Translations under genes and position numbers: made by a program
The notes under the pieces: generated by a model
What the model saw: only the letters and a program-made list of their open reading frames with translations
The model's database searches: none
Told to the model about the DNA's origin: nothing
In this document: piece after piece, positions 18,063 to 28,629 of the stretch
Numbering within the stretch: the stretch's first letter is position 1
How the letters are laid out: the number at the start of each line of letters is the position of its first letter
From: an uncultured Bacteroidia bacterium
GTDB taxonomy: Bacteria > Bacteroidota > Bacteroidia > Bacteroidales > UBA932
Assembly: GCA_902794005.1 (NCBI GenBank)
Contig: CADBFO010000007.1
Location: 9,001-73,000 of the forward strand
Length of the DNA stretch: 64,000 nt
Direction: 5' to 3'

Positions 18063-19736
18063 ATGGAAAAAGTCACCATCACCTGTTTGAACGACGGCCG
18101 CGACTACACCCTTCCGATGGGGTCGCCGCTGTCGGCCATCGCGCCTCGAACCGTCACCGACGACCGGACGGGAAAAGAGTATCCGGTTCTTGCCGCCCTG
18201 GTGGATCATAAAGTGAAAAGCCTTGATTATCAGGTGTTCTTCCCGCACTCGGTAGCGTTTATCGGCTTCAACCACCCCGAGGGCCGGCGCTCCTACAACC
18301 GTTCCCTCTGTTTCCTGGCCCAGCGTGCCGCGCGCACCCTGTTTCCGGACAAGAAATTCAAGATCAACCATTCGCTGCCCAGCGGACTGTATTGCAAGTT
18401 CCGGGCGGAGCATGTAGCCGATGAAGATATCATGGCCCTTCGGGAGGAGATGCGGAATCTGGTGGCCCGGGATCTGCCTTTTACCCAGAAAACGCTGCGC
18501 TCGGATGAGGCCCAGGCCCTGTTCCGGTCCCAGAAACAGCCCCTGAAGGCCGCCCTGCAGGAGTCGCTGGGGACTTTTTTCTGCCAAGTGTACTACCTGG
18601 ACGGCGTGGCCGACAATTTCTACGGTCCGCTGGTTCCCTCCACGGGTTTGCTGAATGTGTTCGACCTTATGCCCTTCCATCACGGGTTCTGCCTTCAGTA
18701 TCCCTCGGAAGAGGACATCACCCGCACGATTCCCCGCCTGAAGCAGAAGAAACTGACCGTTACGCTGAAGGAATACGGCTACTGGTGCAAGGCCACGGGC
18801 GTGGTGAGCGTCGGCGCGCTGAACAAACGCCTCAATGAAGGCGGTGCCGTGAGCCTGATCAACCTCTGCGAAGCCCGTCAGGAGCGTGGTTATGCAGAGC
18901 TGGCCGACAAAGTGCATGCTGTGCGCGACCGTGTGAAAATCGTTTTCCTGGCAGGCCCTTCCTCCAGCGGAAAAACCTCCTCGTCCCTGCGCCTGGCCCA
19001 GCAGTGCATGGTGAAGGAGATGAATCCGAAGGTGATTGAACTGGACAATTACTTTGTGGCCAGGGACCGGACGCCCAAGGATGCCAACGGAAACTATGAC
19101 TTCGAGGCCCTGGAGGCCATGGACCTGGAACTGCTGGGCAAGCACCTCAATACCTTGCTTGCAGGCGGAGAAGTGGAGCTCCCCCGCTATGACTTCAAGC
19201 AGGGCAAGCCTTTCTTCGAGGGCAAGATGATGCGCCTGGAAGAGAATGACATCCTGGTGATGGAGGGCATCCATGCGCTGGATCCTGCCATGGTTCCTTC
19301 GGTGGACCAGAGCCGCATTTACAGGATTTATGCATCGGCCCTTACCTCCCTGAAACTGGACGAGAACTGCTGCATTTCCACCACGGACAACCGCCTGCTG
19401 CGGCGCATGGTGCGCGACAACCGCGTGCGGGGCATCACCCCGGAGGAGACCCTCCAGCGCTGGCCGTCGGTCAGAAGGGGAGAGAACCACTACATCTTCC
19501 CTTTCCAGGAAAACGCCGATTCCCAGTTCAACACGGCCCTGCTGTATGAACTGCCGCTGCTGCGCTACTATGCCGAACCCCTGCTGCGCCGCATCCTCCC
19601 GTCTTCCCCGGCTTATGCCGAGGCCGTGAGACTGCTCAGGTTCCTGGAGTACATCGTTCCTCTGAATCCGTCCGAGATCGCCGCCATCCCGCCCACGTCC
19701 ATCATGCGGGAATTCATCGGGGGACAGACGCTATGA
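18063..19736 (+). CDS. Uridine/nucleoside kinase with ThrRS-like N-terminal region
   Basis: AGPSSSGKT, LDNYF, MEGIHAL, RLLRRMVRD..RG and IFPFQENAD. Confidence 0.9.
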   Translation: MEKVTITCLNDGRDYTLPMGSPLSAIAPRTVTDDRTGKEYPVLAALVDHKVKSLDYQVFFPHSVAFIGFNHPEGRRSYNRSLCFLAQRAARTLFPDKKFKINHSLPSGLYCKFRAEHVADEDIMALREEMRNLVARDLPFTQKTLRSDEAQALFRSQKQPLKAALQESLGTFFCQVYYLDGVADNFYGPLVPSTGLLNVFDLMPFHHGFCLQYPSEEDITRTIPRLKQKKLTVTLKEYGYWCKATGVVSVGALNKRLNEGGAVSLINLCEARQERGYAELADKVHAVRDRVKIVFLAGPSSSGKTSSSLRLAQQCMVKEMNPKVIELDNYFVARDRTPKDANGNYDFEALEAMDLELLGKHLNTLLAGGEVELPRYDFKQGKPFFEGKMMRLEENDILVMEGIHALDPAMVPSVDQSRIYRIYASALTSLKLDENCCISTTDNRLLRRMVRDNRVRGITPEETLQRWPSVRRGENHYIFPFQENADSQFNTALLYELPLLRYYAEPLLRRILPSSPAYAEAVRLLRFLEYIVPLNPSEIAAIPPTSIMREFIGGQTL

Positions 19737-20704
19737 ATGTAGGCATTATCGGCGCGGGACACATTGCCGAGAAGGCGGCCCGTACCCTTGCGGCCATGGA
19801 CGGAATGCGGTGCCTGGCCGTCGGCTCCCGTTCGCTGGAGAAAGCGCAGGCATTTGCCGCGCGTTTTGATGTCTCCCGCGCCTATGGTTCGTACGACGAA
19901 CTCTTGCAGGACCCGGACATCCACCTGGTGTATATTGCCACGCCGCACTCCTGCCATTTTTCTCAGACACGGGATGCCATTCTGGCCGGAAAGCCCTGCC
20001 TGGTGGAAAAATCCTTTATGATGAACGCGGTGGAAACGGCTTCTGTCCTGGCGTTGGCCCGAGAAAAAAAGGTGTTTACGGCCGAAGCCATGTGGTCCCG
20101 CTACATGCCGGCCCGTACGATGGCCCGGGAAATCATCGCCTCCGGTGCTATCGGGACGCCCCATATGCTGACCGCTTCCCTGGCCTACAACGTGGCGGAC
20201 AAAGAGCGGGTTCTGAAGCCGGAACTGGGGGGCGGCGCCCTTTTGGATCTGGGCGTTTATCTGTTGAATTTCGTGCGGATGTACTGCGACAGCCCCATCC
20301 GGGAGCTCAGTACCTCCTGCATCCGGGCCGATTCCGGCGTAGATGCCTCCGAAGTCATTACTTTCATTCACGAAGACGGTACGCTTTCTTCCGTACAGGC
20401 CTCGGCCTTCTCGCAAAGTGCCAATGAGGGGGTCGTCGCCGGCACGACGGGTTATCTGGTTTTTGACGACATCATCAACCCCGGCTGTCTGCGCATTTGC
20501 CGGAAGCGGCACGTCGTGGAGCGCGAAATACCCGTTCCCCGGCAGATTACAGGCTTTGAATATCAGTTTCAGGCCTGTGCCGACGCCATCCGGGCCGGCC
20601 GTCTGGAACCGCCTCAGATGCCTCATGCCGAGACCCTGTACATCATGCACCTGATGGACCGTCTCCGCGCAGAGTGGGGCGTCCCCGTCACCGGGTGCCG
20701 CTGA
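19733..20704 (+). CDS. Gfo/Idh/MocA oxidoreductase
   Basis: GIIGAGHIA, YIATPH, LVEKS, EAMWSRY and GGGALLDLGVY. Confidence 0.93.
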   Translation: MNVGIIGAGHIAEKAARTLAAMDGMRCLAVGSRSLEKAQAFAARFDVSRAYGSYDELLQDPDIHLVYIATPHSCHFSQTRDAILAGKPCLVEKSFMMNAVETASVLALAREKKVFTAEAMWSRYMPARTMAREIIASGAIGTPHMLTASLAYNVADKERVLKPELGGGALLDLGVYLLNFVRMYCDSPIRELSTSCIRADSGVDASEVITFIHEDGTLSSVQASAFSQSANEGVVAGTTGYLVFDDIINPGCLRICRKRHVVEREIPVPRQITGFEYQFQACADAIRAGRLEPPQMPHAETLYIMHLMDRLRAEWGVPVTGCR

Positions 20705-21131
20705 AACGGGTCGGGTATTCGCCGAACAGGAGACTGAGACTCAGTTTGTTGCCGATGACGCTGCCCTGCAAGTTGTAAACCTGGTATTTGGGATACTCTC
20801 CCCCCATGGCCAGCGGCGTGACGTCATGACAAGAGAGCTGAAGCCCGTCCTGGAGAGAGGTCACTTTCACTCCGGGAATGGTGACGTCGATCCGTATCGG
20901 CATTCTGGGGACGAACTTGATTTTATAGATAACGATGTCTGCGGTTTTTCCGTCGGCCGACGGGATGCAGGCCACCTGGGTGTCCGGGTTGTCATAGACC
21001 CCGCCGTCATAATCGACGGAGACGGTTCCTACGTACAGGCTGTCTTGGGGAACTTCGTCGGGTTGCGGCGCTTTGTAACAGGCGCAGAGGCCGGCCAGTG
21101 CCAGAAAGAGTGCAAGAATGTTTCTTTTCAT
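20688..21131 (-). CDS. Small lipoprotein (calycin-like beta fold suspected)
   Basis: Lipobox LCAC, beta-rich with KF..RMP...D.TIPGV. Coupled to the TonB-dependent receptor. Confidence 0.7.
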   Translation of the reverse strand: MKRNILALFLALAGLCACYKAPQPDEVPQDSLYVGTVSVDYDGGVYDNPDTQVACIPSADGKTADIVIYKIKFVPRMPIRIDVTIPGVKVTSLQDGLQLSCHDVTPLAMGGEYPKYQVYNLQGSVIGNKLSLSLLFGEYPTRFSGTR

Positions 21132-23281
21132 AAAACGGAGAATTGGATTCCGAGCGTAATGCGCACGGGTTTGGACAGTTGGAAGAATTCGTTTCCCATG
21201 GATTTGAAGTAGAAGCAGCGGTAGCGTGTCCCGGTGAGGTTTTCGCCCTGCAGGTAAATCCGGAAACGGGAGAATTGCAGCGAGGCTTGGGCTCCCAGCG
21301 TAAAGTAAAACGGTTCGATGAGGGAATTGGCTTCGTTCCAGGCGATGGGCCCCGTTCCCTTCAGCTGGATTTCCAGCGCCCAGCGGGTCCCTTCATACCC
21401 CGCGGCGGCGAACAGGGTGTGTTCCGGACTGTAGGGGATGCGGTGGCCGGCATAGTCGGCCTGACCGTCGTGGAACTGCAGGAAACGGGCCCTGTTCCAT
21501 CCCCAGGAGGCCTGGGCGTTAAAACCGTTTTGATGCCACAGGACCTGCATCTCTGTGCCATAACTGCGGCTGCGGCCGGCATTGGTCATCATCCGCCCGG
21601 TGGACATGCCCGGCGGAAATACCGTCAACTGCTGGTTCACGGCCTCCGCCCAGAACAGGCTGACCTGCGCCTGGAAAGACTTGCTCCGGTAGCGGAATCC
21701 CGCTTCGCTGTTCCAAAGCTCCTCGGGCTGATACTCCGTGCGGTCGGCCAGGACCGACACCGCGGGCTTGTCCAGATAAACGCCCAGGTCTTCCATGAGA
21801 CCGTTCATGACGCGGTTTTGCAGGATGTCCGAAAAAATCTGTGTGTTGAAGCCGCCGGCGCGGTAGCCTTTTGAAAGGGATGCAAAAAAGAGCCAGCGGC
21901 CCGGGCCGTCATACTGCAGGGCCAGTTTGGGGAGTAACTGGAAAGAACCATGCCTCAGGGCACCGGTATAAGTGTCCCGGTAGGCTTTGGCCGCCGGCAT
22001 ATAAGGAATCATCTGATAGTGCAGGGAGGAAAAACAGTCGTAGCGCATCCAAGCGCCTTCATAGTCCAGTCTGAGGCCGGCGGTGAAATGCCATCGGCCC
22101 CAAACGAATTCGGATTCGTGGTACAGGGCGGCGTTCCAGGAAAGGATGTCGAAGGTGCTGTTCACCGGAAATTCCGTATCGGGAATATCCAGAACGCCGA
22201 TTTCGTCCGGGATGCCGGCATTGGCATTATCCAGGATCAGTTTCCGGATTCCGTCGCGTTTGAACAGGACGGGAGCCTGCAGATGGTTGGCTTTGAAAAA
22301 GCCGAAAAAGCCTGTCACCGGCCGCCAGTTTCCTGTTTTCCGGGCTGGACGGGCAATGGCCTCGAAGGTTTGGGCTCCGCTGAGCTGCCGCTGCTGCAGG
22401 GTGAATATGGATTCGGGTGTATAGTCCTGGTCCATACGCATGTCGTCGTGAAGCAGTTGCAGGGAGGTCAGCAGGTCCAGCGTCAGTTTTTCGTTGTGGA
22501 GACGGGCTTTGAAGCCATCCAGGACGGTAAGGCGCCGGTAGCCGGACGCATCGTTGAAGTTCACGGGCATTACCTTCCCATCCTTCCAGGCTCCGTAGGA
22601 AAAGCCCCCCTCGTCCGAGAATGCGGCCTGGAGAAGTTGGCTGAGCGTCCATTTCGGCCCCGGTTTTTCCCAGCGCCAGCGAAACTGCCCGCCGTCGTAG
22701 GGGTCGCACATCTTGCCGGAATAGGCATTTTGGAAAAAGCCTCCGGTATGTCGATAGGCCGCGTTGAAACTGTGCTGCCCGACACCCCCGGACACACTGG
22801 CCCGGACCGTTTGCCCGCTTCCGTATTCCAGCCGGGCCTGCAAACCCGCTTGCCGGCGGGTGCGGATGGAGAGCACGCCGCAGAGGGCGTTTCGGCCGTA
22901 TGCGGTGCCCTGGGGGCCGTGCAGAAAGCGGATGCCGGCGATGTCCAGGTAATCGACATCGTAGCTGTTTTTGTCCAAGATGGGGAAATCATCGACATAC
23001 AGGCCGATGACCGGATTTTCCATCCGGGAACCGAACCCCCGTACATAGATGCTGGAAGTGAGGGAAGCGCCGTAGTCGGGCAGATGGAGGCCCGGAACAA
23101 GAAGGCCGATATCCTTGGAGTGATGGATACCATATCGCTGTAACAATTCGGCCGGAACGCCGCTGACGGGCCCTGCGGTGGGGAAATCTTCCTTGACGGC
23201 CGTTGCGAAAGCCGGGGTCAGAACCGTATCGGCCTGAACCTTGAAAAAGGAAAACAATATGAGGACCGCAGCCACCAGCAT
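21128..23281 (-). CDS. TonB-dependent receptor
   Basis: Plug motifs IYVRGFG, GLYVDD and LHGPQGTAYGRNALCG. Barrel motifs AGLRLDY, KGYRAGGFN and GENL. Confidence 0.92.
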   Translation of the reverse strand: MLVAAVLILFSFFKVQADTVLTPAFATAVKEDFPTAGPVSGVPAELLQRYGIHHSKDIGLLVPGLHLPDYGASLTSSIYVRGFGSRMENPVIGLYVDDFPILDKNSYDVDYLDIAGIRFLHGPQGTAYGRNALCGVLSIRTRRQAGLQARLEYGSGQTVRASVSGGVGQHSFNAAYRHTGGFFQNAYSGKMCDPYDGGQFRWRWEKPGPKWTLSQLLQAAFSDEGGFSYGAWKDGKVMPVNFNDASGYRRLTVLDGFKARLHNEKLTLDLLTSLQLLHDDMRMDQDYTPESIFTLQQRQLSGAQTFEAIARPARKTGNWRPVTGFFGFFKANHLQAPVLFKRDGIRKLILDNANAGIPDEIGVLDIPDTEFPVNSTFDILSWNAALYHESEFVWGRWHFTAGLRLDYEGAWMRYDCFSSLHYQMIPYMPAAKAYRDTYTGALRHGSFQLLPKLALQYDGPGRWLFFASLSKGYRAGGFNTQIFSDILQNRVMNGLMEDLGVYLDKPAVSVLADRTEYQPEELWNSEAGFRYRSKSFQAQVSLFWAEAVNQQLTVFPPGMSTGRMMTNAGRSRSYGTEMQVLWHQNGFNAQASWGWNRARFLQFHDGQADYAGHRIPYSPEHTLFAAAGYEGTRWALEIQLKGTGPIAWNEANSLIEPFYFTLGAQASLQFSRFRIYLQGENLTGTRYRCFYFKSMGNEFFQLSKPVRITLGIQFSVL

Positions 23282-23348
23282 CGTGGCGGCAAAGATACGA
23301 CATCTCCCACGGAATCTTTAGAATATACCTTCAAATCGTTAGGATAAA

Positions 23349-26153
23349 TTACTCCTTGTCTTTCAGGATATCCTTGAGGAAGGGGCCGGTGACGGAGCCG
23401 GGGTCGTCGGCCAGTTGCTCAGGGGTTCCCCGGGCCACGATCTGCCCGCCGCGCCGGCCGCCGGAAGGCCCCATGTCGAACACATAGTCCATGGATTTCA
23501 GTACATCCAGATTGTGTTCGATGACAATCACCGTATTGCCGGCTTCCACCAGGCGCTGAAGAACGCCCAGCAGCACGTTGATGTCTTCGAAATGGAGACC
23601 GGTGGTGGGCTCGTCCAGAATATACAGCGTCTTTCCGGTGGAGGGACGGGACAGTTCGGCCGCGAGTTTCATGCGCTGGCTTTCGCCGCCGGAAAGGGTG
23701 ACGGCACTCTGCCCCAGATGAATGTAGCCCAGGCCCACATCCACCAGGGCCTTCAGTTTGGCGGCGATGCGTGGAATGGGCTTGAAGAACTCGTAGGCCT
23801 CGCTGATGGGCATTTCCAGCACGTCGTTGATGTTCTTGCCCTTGTACCGGACGGCCAGGGTGTCTTCTTTGTAGCGCTTGCCGCCGCACACTTCGCAGGC
23901 TACATGCACGGAAGGCAGGAAGTTCATCTCAATCACTTTGATGCCGGCGCCCTTGCATTCCTCGCAGCGTCCTCCGGCCACGTTGAAGGAGAACCGGCTC
24001 GCCTTGAAACCGCGCACCTTGGCATCCTGCGTTTCCTCAAAGAGTGTACGGATATCGTTAAAAACCCCCGTGAAGGTGGCCGGATTGGAGCGGGGCGTGC
24101 GGCCGATGGGGCTCTGGTCAATCTCGATGAGTTTGTCGATGTGCTCCACCCCTTCCAGGCTCTTGTAGGGCAGGGGCTTTTCCTTGGAGCGGTAGAATTT
24201 CTGCTTGAGGATGGGCATGAGCGTTTCGTTCACGAGGGAACTTTTGCCCGAGCCGGACAGGCCGGCCACGCCGATGAGGCATCCCAGCGGGAAACACACG
24301 TCCACGTCCTTGAGGTTGTTGCCGGTGGCCCCTTTCAGGGTGAGAAAGAGCCTGTTCCCCTTGCGGCGCCTTTTGGGGACGGGAATTTCCCGCTTCCCTT
24401 TCAGGTAATCCAAGGTGACCGACGGCCCCACAAGCGCATGGGCCGCCGTATCGGCATCCATTTCCGTGCCCTTGAGCAGTGTCTCAAGCGGGGCGCTCAG
24501 GCAGATACGGCCGCCGTTCTCGCCGGCACCCGGGCCCACGTCCACCAGCCAGTCGGCATTGAACATGGTTTCGGCGTCGTGTTCCACCACCATCACGGAA
24601 TTGCCTTCGTCGCGGAGGGCCTTGAGCGAGTCGATGAGTTTCCGGTTGTCCTTCTGGTGAAGGCCGATGGACGGTTCGTCCAGGATATAGAGCACGTTCA
24701 CCAGGCGCGAGCCGATTTGCGTGGCCAGGCGGATGCGCTGGCTTTCGCCACCGGAAAGCGAGCCGGTGGGGCGGTCCAGCGAGAGATAGTCCAGCCCCAC
24801 GTCCAGCATGAACTGTACGCGCTCCCGGAGCTCCTTGAGGATGTCGCGGGATACATTCTTCTCCCGCTGGTTGAAGCCTTCCGGGATGGTGTCCAGCCAT
24901 TTGCGGAGTTCCGTCATTTCCATGGCCGATACCTCCGGGATGGTTTTCCCGTCCACGCGGAAACAGAGGGCTTCCGGATTCAGGCGCGTACCGCCGCAGA
25001 CCGGGCAGGTGACGGTGTCTTCGATGTTGTCGATGACGCCGCCCCAGCTTTCCATCTCCGTCAGGTTGCCTTCTCCCACGCGGAAAAGGTCTTCCGAACC
25101 GAAGACCAGCAGGCTCACCACCTCGTCCGGAAGGGCGTCAATCGGATCGTAGAGGCTGAAGTTGTATTTCCGGGCGATGGAACGGATAATGTCGAATTTC
25201 CGGTTTTCCCGCACTTTCCCCAGAGGGGCGATGCCGCCGTCGGCCACCGACTTGCTGCGGTCGGGAATAATGCTGTCCATGTTCACGTCCACAATGGTCC
25301 CGAGTCCCTTGCAATGCGGACAGTAACCCTGCGGAGAGTTGAAGGAGAAACTGTGCGGCTGGGGTTCCTGGAGTGACAGGCCGCTCTCGGGATCCACCAG
25401 GTGCTTGGAATAGTGCGTCAGCTTTCCGCTTTCCTGGTCCAGGATGGCGACGGAGCCTTTGCCCAGATTCAGGGCCCGGGCCACGGATTCCCGCACGCGG
25501 CGGTCGTCTCCGGCCGATGGCTTGAGGCGGTCCACCACCAGCTCAATGAAGTGGGGCTTGTAACGGTCCAGCGCCGTAACTTCCTGCAGCTCAAAAATTT
25601 CGCCGTCTATCCGAACTTCCGTATAGCCCCGTTTGCGCATCTGGTCGAAGAGCTCGCGGTAGTGGCCTTTGCGGCCCCGGATAACGGGGGAGAGCAGGTA
25701 GCACTTCCGGCCATTGTACTGTTCCAGGATCAGGTCCACGATCTGGGCATCCGTGTACCGGACCATCTCCCTGCCGCTCTCGGGCGAGAAGGCCCGGGAG
25801 CCTTTGGCATACAGAAGGCGCAGGAAGTCGTAGATTTCCGTAATGGTTCCCACCGTGGAACGGGGATTGTTGCCGGTGGTCTTCTGCTCAATGGCGATGA
25901 TGGGACTGAGCCCCGTAATCTCCTCTACTTCCGGTTTTTCCAGAATGCCCATGAAATGCTTGGCATAGGTGGAGAGGGTGTCCATGTAGCGGCGCTGACC
26001 CTCGGCATAGATGGTGTCGAAGGCCAGGGAACTCTTTCCGCTGCCGCTGAGTCCTGTTACCACGACAAACTCTCCGCGCGGAATGCTCACGTCGATATTC
26101 TGAAGATTATTGGCCCGCGCACCGCGCACCTCTATGTATTCCTTCTTTTTCAT
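23349..26153 (-). CDS. uvrA: Excinuclease ABC subunit A
   Basis: Two ABC cassettes (GLSGSGKSS, LSGGESQR, LDEP) and zinc fingers. Start MKKKEY at 26153. Confidence 0.98.
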   Translation of the reverse strand: MKKKEYIEVRGARANNLQNIDVSIPRGEFVVVTGLSGSGKSSLAFDTIYAEGQRRYMDTLSTYAKHFMGILEKPEVEEITGLSPIIAIEQKTTGNNPRSTVGTITEIYDFLRLLYAKGSRAFSPESGREMVRYTDAQIVDLILEQYNGRKCYLLSPVIRGRKGHYRELFDQMRKRGYTEVRIDGEIFELQEVTALDRYKPHFIELVVDRLKPSAGDDRRVRESVARALNLGKGSVAILDQESGKLTHYSKHLVDPESGLSLQEPQPHSFSFNSPQGYCPHCKGLGTIVDVNMDSIIPDRSKSVADGGIAPLGKVRENRKFDIIRSIARKYNFSLYDPIDALPDEVVSLLVFGSEDLFRVGEGNLTEMESWGGVIDNIEDTVTCPVCGGTRLNPEALCFRVDGKTIPEVSAMEMTELRKWLDTIPEGFNQREKNVSRDILKELRERVQFMLDVGLDYLSLDRPTGSLSGGESQRIRLATQIGSRLVNVLYILDEPSIGLHQKDNRKLIDSLKALRDEGNSVMVVEHDAETMFNADWLVDVGPGAGENGGRICLSAPLETLLKGTEMDADTAAHALVGPSVTLDYLKGKREIPVPKRRRKGNRLFLTLKGATGNNLKDVDVCFPLGCLIGVAGLSGSGKSSLVNETLMPILKQKFYRSKEKPLPYKSLEGVEHIDKLIEIDQSPIGRTPRSNPATFTGVFNDIRTLFEETQDAKVRGFKASRFSFNVAGGRCEECKGAGIKVIEMNFLPSVHVACEVCGGKRYKEDTLAVRYKGKNINDVLEMPISEAYEFFKPIPRIAAKLKALVDVGLGYIHLGQSAVTLSGGESQRMKLAAELSRPSTGKTLYILDEPTTGLHFEDINVLLGVLQRLVEAGNTVIVIEHNLDVLKSMDYVFDMGPSGGRRGGQIVARGTPEQLADDPGSVTGPFLKDILKDKE

Positions 26154-26196
26154 GGGACCGCAAAGATACTCATTTTCTCCCGCCTCTGCAATTCGG

Positions 26197-26685
26197 CTAT
26201 TGCACCCGCTGGTAGGCGAGGCGGGGGGAACCGTTCTGGAGATAGATGATTCCGCAGTATGTGAAACCATGCTTTTCCAGCAGATGCTGCATGATGCGGT
26301 TGTCCTTGTGGGTGTCGATGCGGATGTTGCCGGTAAACCGGCCGGCATGGTCGATGATTCCCTTGAAGATGCCGTGCACGTCGGGAAGGGAGGCGATGCG
26401 GTGAATCACATAATAGGGAAGGGTGTCTTCCAGCCAGGCACCGTCTTCGATGTAAGAGTAGGTGGGGTCCGGACCGGGAATGCAGGCAAAATACCCGACC
26501 ACGGTGCCGTCCCTGTCGAAGACTTTTCCCACGCCGGCCGATAGGTCATTCCGGATCATGGCCTCCGTGGGATACCCGTCCGGCCATTGAAAGGGGTTGC
26601 CCGAGGCACGCATAATGCCCCGGGCAGCTTCCAAAATGGTCATGATGGCGGGAATGTCCGCCGTGACGGCTTGTCTTACAATCAT
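26197..26685 (-). CDS. GNAT-family N-acetyltransferase
   Basis: QW..GYP, VIHRIA and RIDTH..N..MQ.LLEK.GF..CG. Confidence 0.88.
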   Translation of the reverse strand: MIVRQAVTADIPAIMTILEAARGIMRASGNPFQWPDGYPTEAMIRNDLSAGVGKVFDRDGTVVGYFACIPGPDPTYSYIEDGAWLEDTLPYYVIHRIASLPDVHGIFKGIIDHAGRFTGNIRIDTHKDNRIMQHLLEKHGFTYCGIIYLQNGSPRLAYQRVQ

Positions 26686-28607
26686 TTAGTGAGTGCTTTC
26701 AGGTTGCGGGCGTTGTGAATGTCCTTGCCTTCGGCGGTGTAGAGGTAATCCAGCAGATCGGCATAATGCTCTTCCACCTTTCCGCGCACGATTTTCATGG
26801 TGGAGTTCATCATCTTGTTGGCGATGGTGAATTCCTCGTCGCAGATGCCGATGGCGCTGGGCAGCCAGCGTTCCGGGAACATGCCTTCGTGCTTGCCGCC
26901 TTTTTTGTAGGTGTCCACGTCGGCCTGGATGAGATCCAGCATGTAGTTCTTGCCTTCCTCGGTGGCAGGGTCCAGTCCATGCCGCTGGCAGGCCTCGTCC
27001 AGGGCGTTCATGTCCGGGACGACCAGGGCCACGCAGTAGGGCTTCTGGTTGTTGTGGAGCACGCAGGCGTTCACCCACTTGGAGGATTCGGTAAAGTTGT
27101 CTTCAAAGCCTTCGGGCGAGTATTTCTCGCCGTCGGAGGAGATGAGGAGGCTCTTGAAGCGGCCCACGACATAGAGGAAGTCAGGGTCTTCGGGGCAGAT
27201 GTAGCCCATGTCGCCGGTATGCAGCCAGCCGTCCACGATGGTATTGGCCGTGGCCTTGGGGTTCTTCCAATAGCCGGCCATCACGTTTTCTCCGCGGATG
27301 ACAATCTCTCCCCTGGTGCCGTGGGGCACTTCCTTGCCATCGGCGTCCAGGATGACGCAATCCATGGGGCGGACGATGCGTCCGGAGGATCCGAAGCGTG
27401 CGTGACCCTCCGAGTTGGCGCAGATGATGGGCGTGGCTTCAGTGAGGCCGTATCCCTGGAACATGGGTATGCCCACGGCGCAGAAGAAGCGCTGCAGTTC
27501 GATGTCCAGCAGGGCGCCGCCGCCTACGAAGAAGCGCATACGGCCGCCGAAACTCTCCCGGACCTGCTTGAACAGGATTTTGTCGAAGAAGGCCACGAGC
27601 GGTTTTCGCCAGGCCGTTCCGCCGGTGCCTCGGTTGTAGTATTCCTTGTTGTATTTGATGGCGTTGCTGACGGCGAAGTTGAAAAGTTTCTCCACTTTGG
27701 GTCCCTTCTTCTTGATGCCGGTCTCGATATTCTTCTTGAAGTTGCGGGCCAGGGCCGGAACCGAGAGCATCACGTGCGGACGCACTTCGCTGATGGCGGC
27801 AGGGACGTTGCGGAGCGTTGCCAGGGCATTTTTGCCGATGGGCACAAACGCGATGGAACCGCCGTAAATCATCATGGTGTACATGCCGGCCACATGGGCG
27901 AAGCAGTGGTCCAGCGGAAGGATGATGAGCATCACTTCCCCCTCGCCGATGGTAATGACGGAGTTGCCCTGTTCCACGTTGGCCGTGTAGTTGCGGTGGG
28001 TCAGGAGAATTCCCTTGGGATCGGCCGTCGTGCCGGACGTATAGGAGATGTTGGCATAGTCGTCCGGGCCGATGGATTTGTACCGGGCCTCGAATTCTGC
28101 GCGGTGGGCTTTGAGGAATTCGTCACCCATTTTCTGGATTTCGCTGATGCGGATTTCCTTTTCGCCCAGTTTGTCGTAATCGAAGGCGGTGTCGTCAAAG
28201 ACGATGACTTTTTCTACGGCGGGGCATTCCGGCAGGATGGCGCGGATCTTGGGAAGGTGGTTGCCGGAGACGAGAATCCACTTGGATTCCGAATGGTTGA
28301 TGCGGAACACGAGGTCCTTGCCCTCACCAAGGTTTACGGAAAGGGGAACGTCGGTGGCACCGGCATACAGGGCGCCGAGTTCGGCCAGAATCCACATGGC
28401 GCGGCTTTCGGACAGGAGGGCGATCTTGTCCCCCTTCCTGAGTCCCAGCGACATGAGGCCGGCACCGATGCGGTAGGCCATTTCACGGGTTTGTCCCTGG
28501 GTAATCTCCGTCCATTTTCCGTCAATCTTTTCCCGGAGGTAAGGATGGTTCTCGTATTTGCGGGAGTATTTTTCGACAAAGTCGATGATGGTGATTCTTT
28601 CTGCCAT
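26682..28607 (-). CDS. Long-chain fatty acid--CoA ligase (AMP-binding)
   Basis: YTSGTTADPKG, QGYGLTEA and GWLHTGDMG. Start MAERIT at 28607. Confidence 0.93.
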   Translation of the reverse strand: MAERITIIDFVEKYSRKYENHPYLREKIDGKWTEITQGQTREMAYRIGAGLMSLGLRKGDKIALLSESRAMWILAELGALYAGATDVPLSVNLGEGKDLVFRINHSESKWILVSGNHLPKIRAILPECPAVEKVIVFDDTAFDYDKLGEKEIRISEIQKMGDEFLKAHRAEFEARYKSIGPDDYANISYTSGTTADPKGILLTHRNYTANVEQGNSVITIGEGEVMLIILPLDHCFAHVAGMYTMMIYGGSIAFVPIGKNALATLRNVPAAISEVRPHVMLSVPALARNFKKNIETGIKKKGPKVEKLFNFAVSNAIKYNKEYYNRGTGGTAWRKPLVAFFDKILFKQVRESFGGRMRFFVGGGALLDIELQRFFCAVGIPMFQGYGLTEATPIICANSEGHARFGSSGRIVRPMDCVILDADGKEVPHGTRGEIVIRGENVMAGYWKNPKATANTIVDGWLHTGDMGYICPEDPDFLYVVGRFKSLLISSDGEKYSPEGFEDNFTESSKWVNACVLHNNQKPYCVALVVPDMNALDEACQRHGLDPATEEGKNYMLDLIQADVDTYKKGGKHEGMFPERWLPSAIGICDEEFTIANKMMNSTMKIVRGKVEEHYADLLDYLYTAEGKDIHNARNLKALTK

Positions 28608-28629
28608 AACAGAGGTTTGGGTTTTGGTT

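Noticed and set aside
23282-23348. Riboswitch upstream of the TonB-dependent receptor
   Set aside because: The promoter element lies 8 nt from the ATG, leaving no room, and no aptamer motif is visible.
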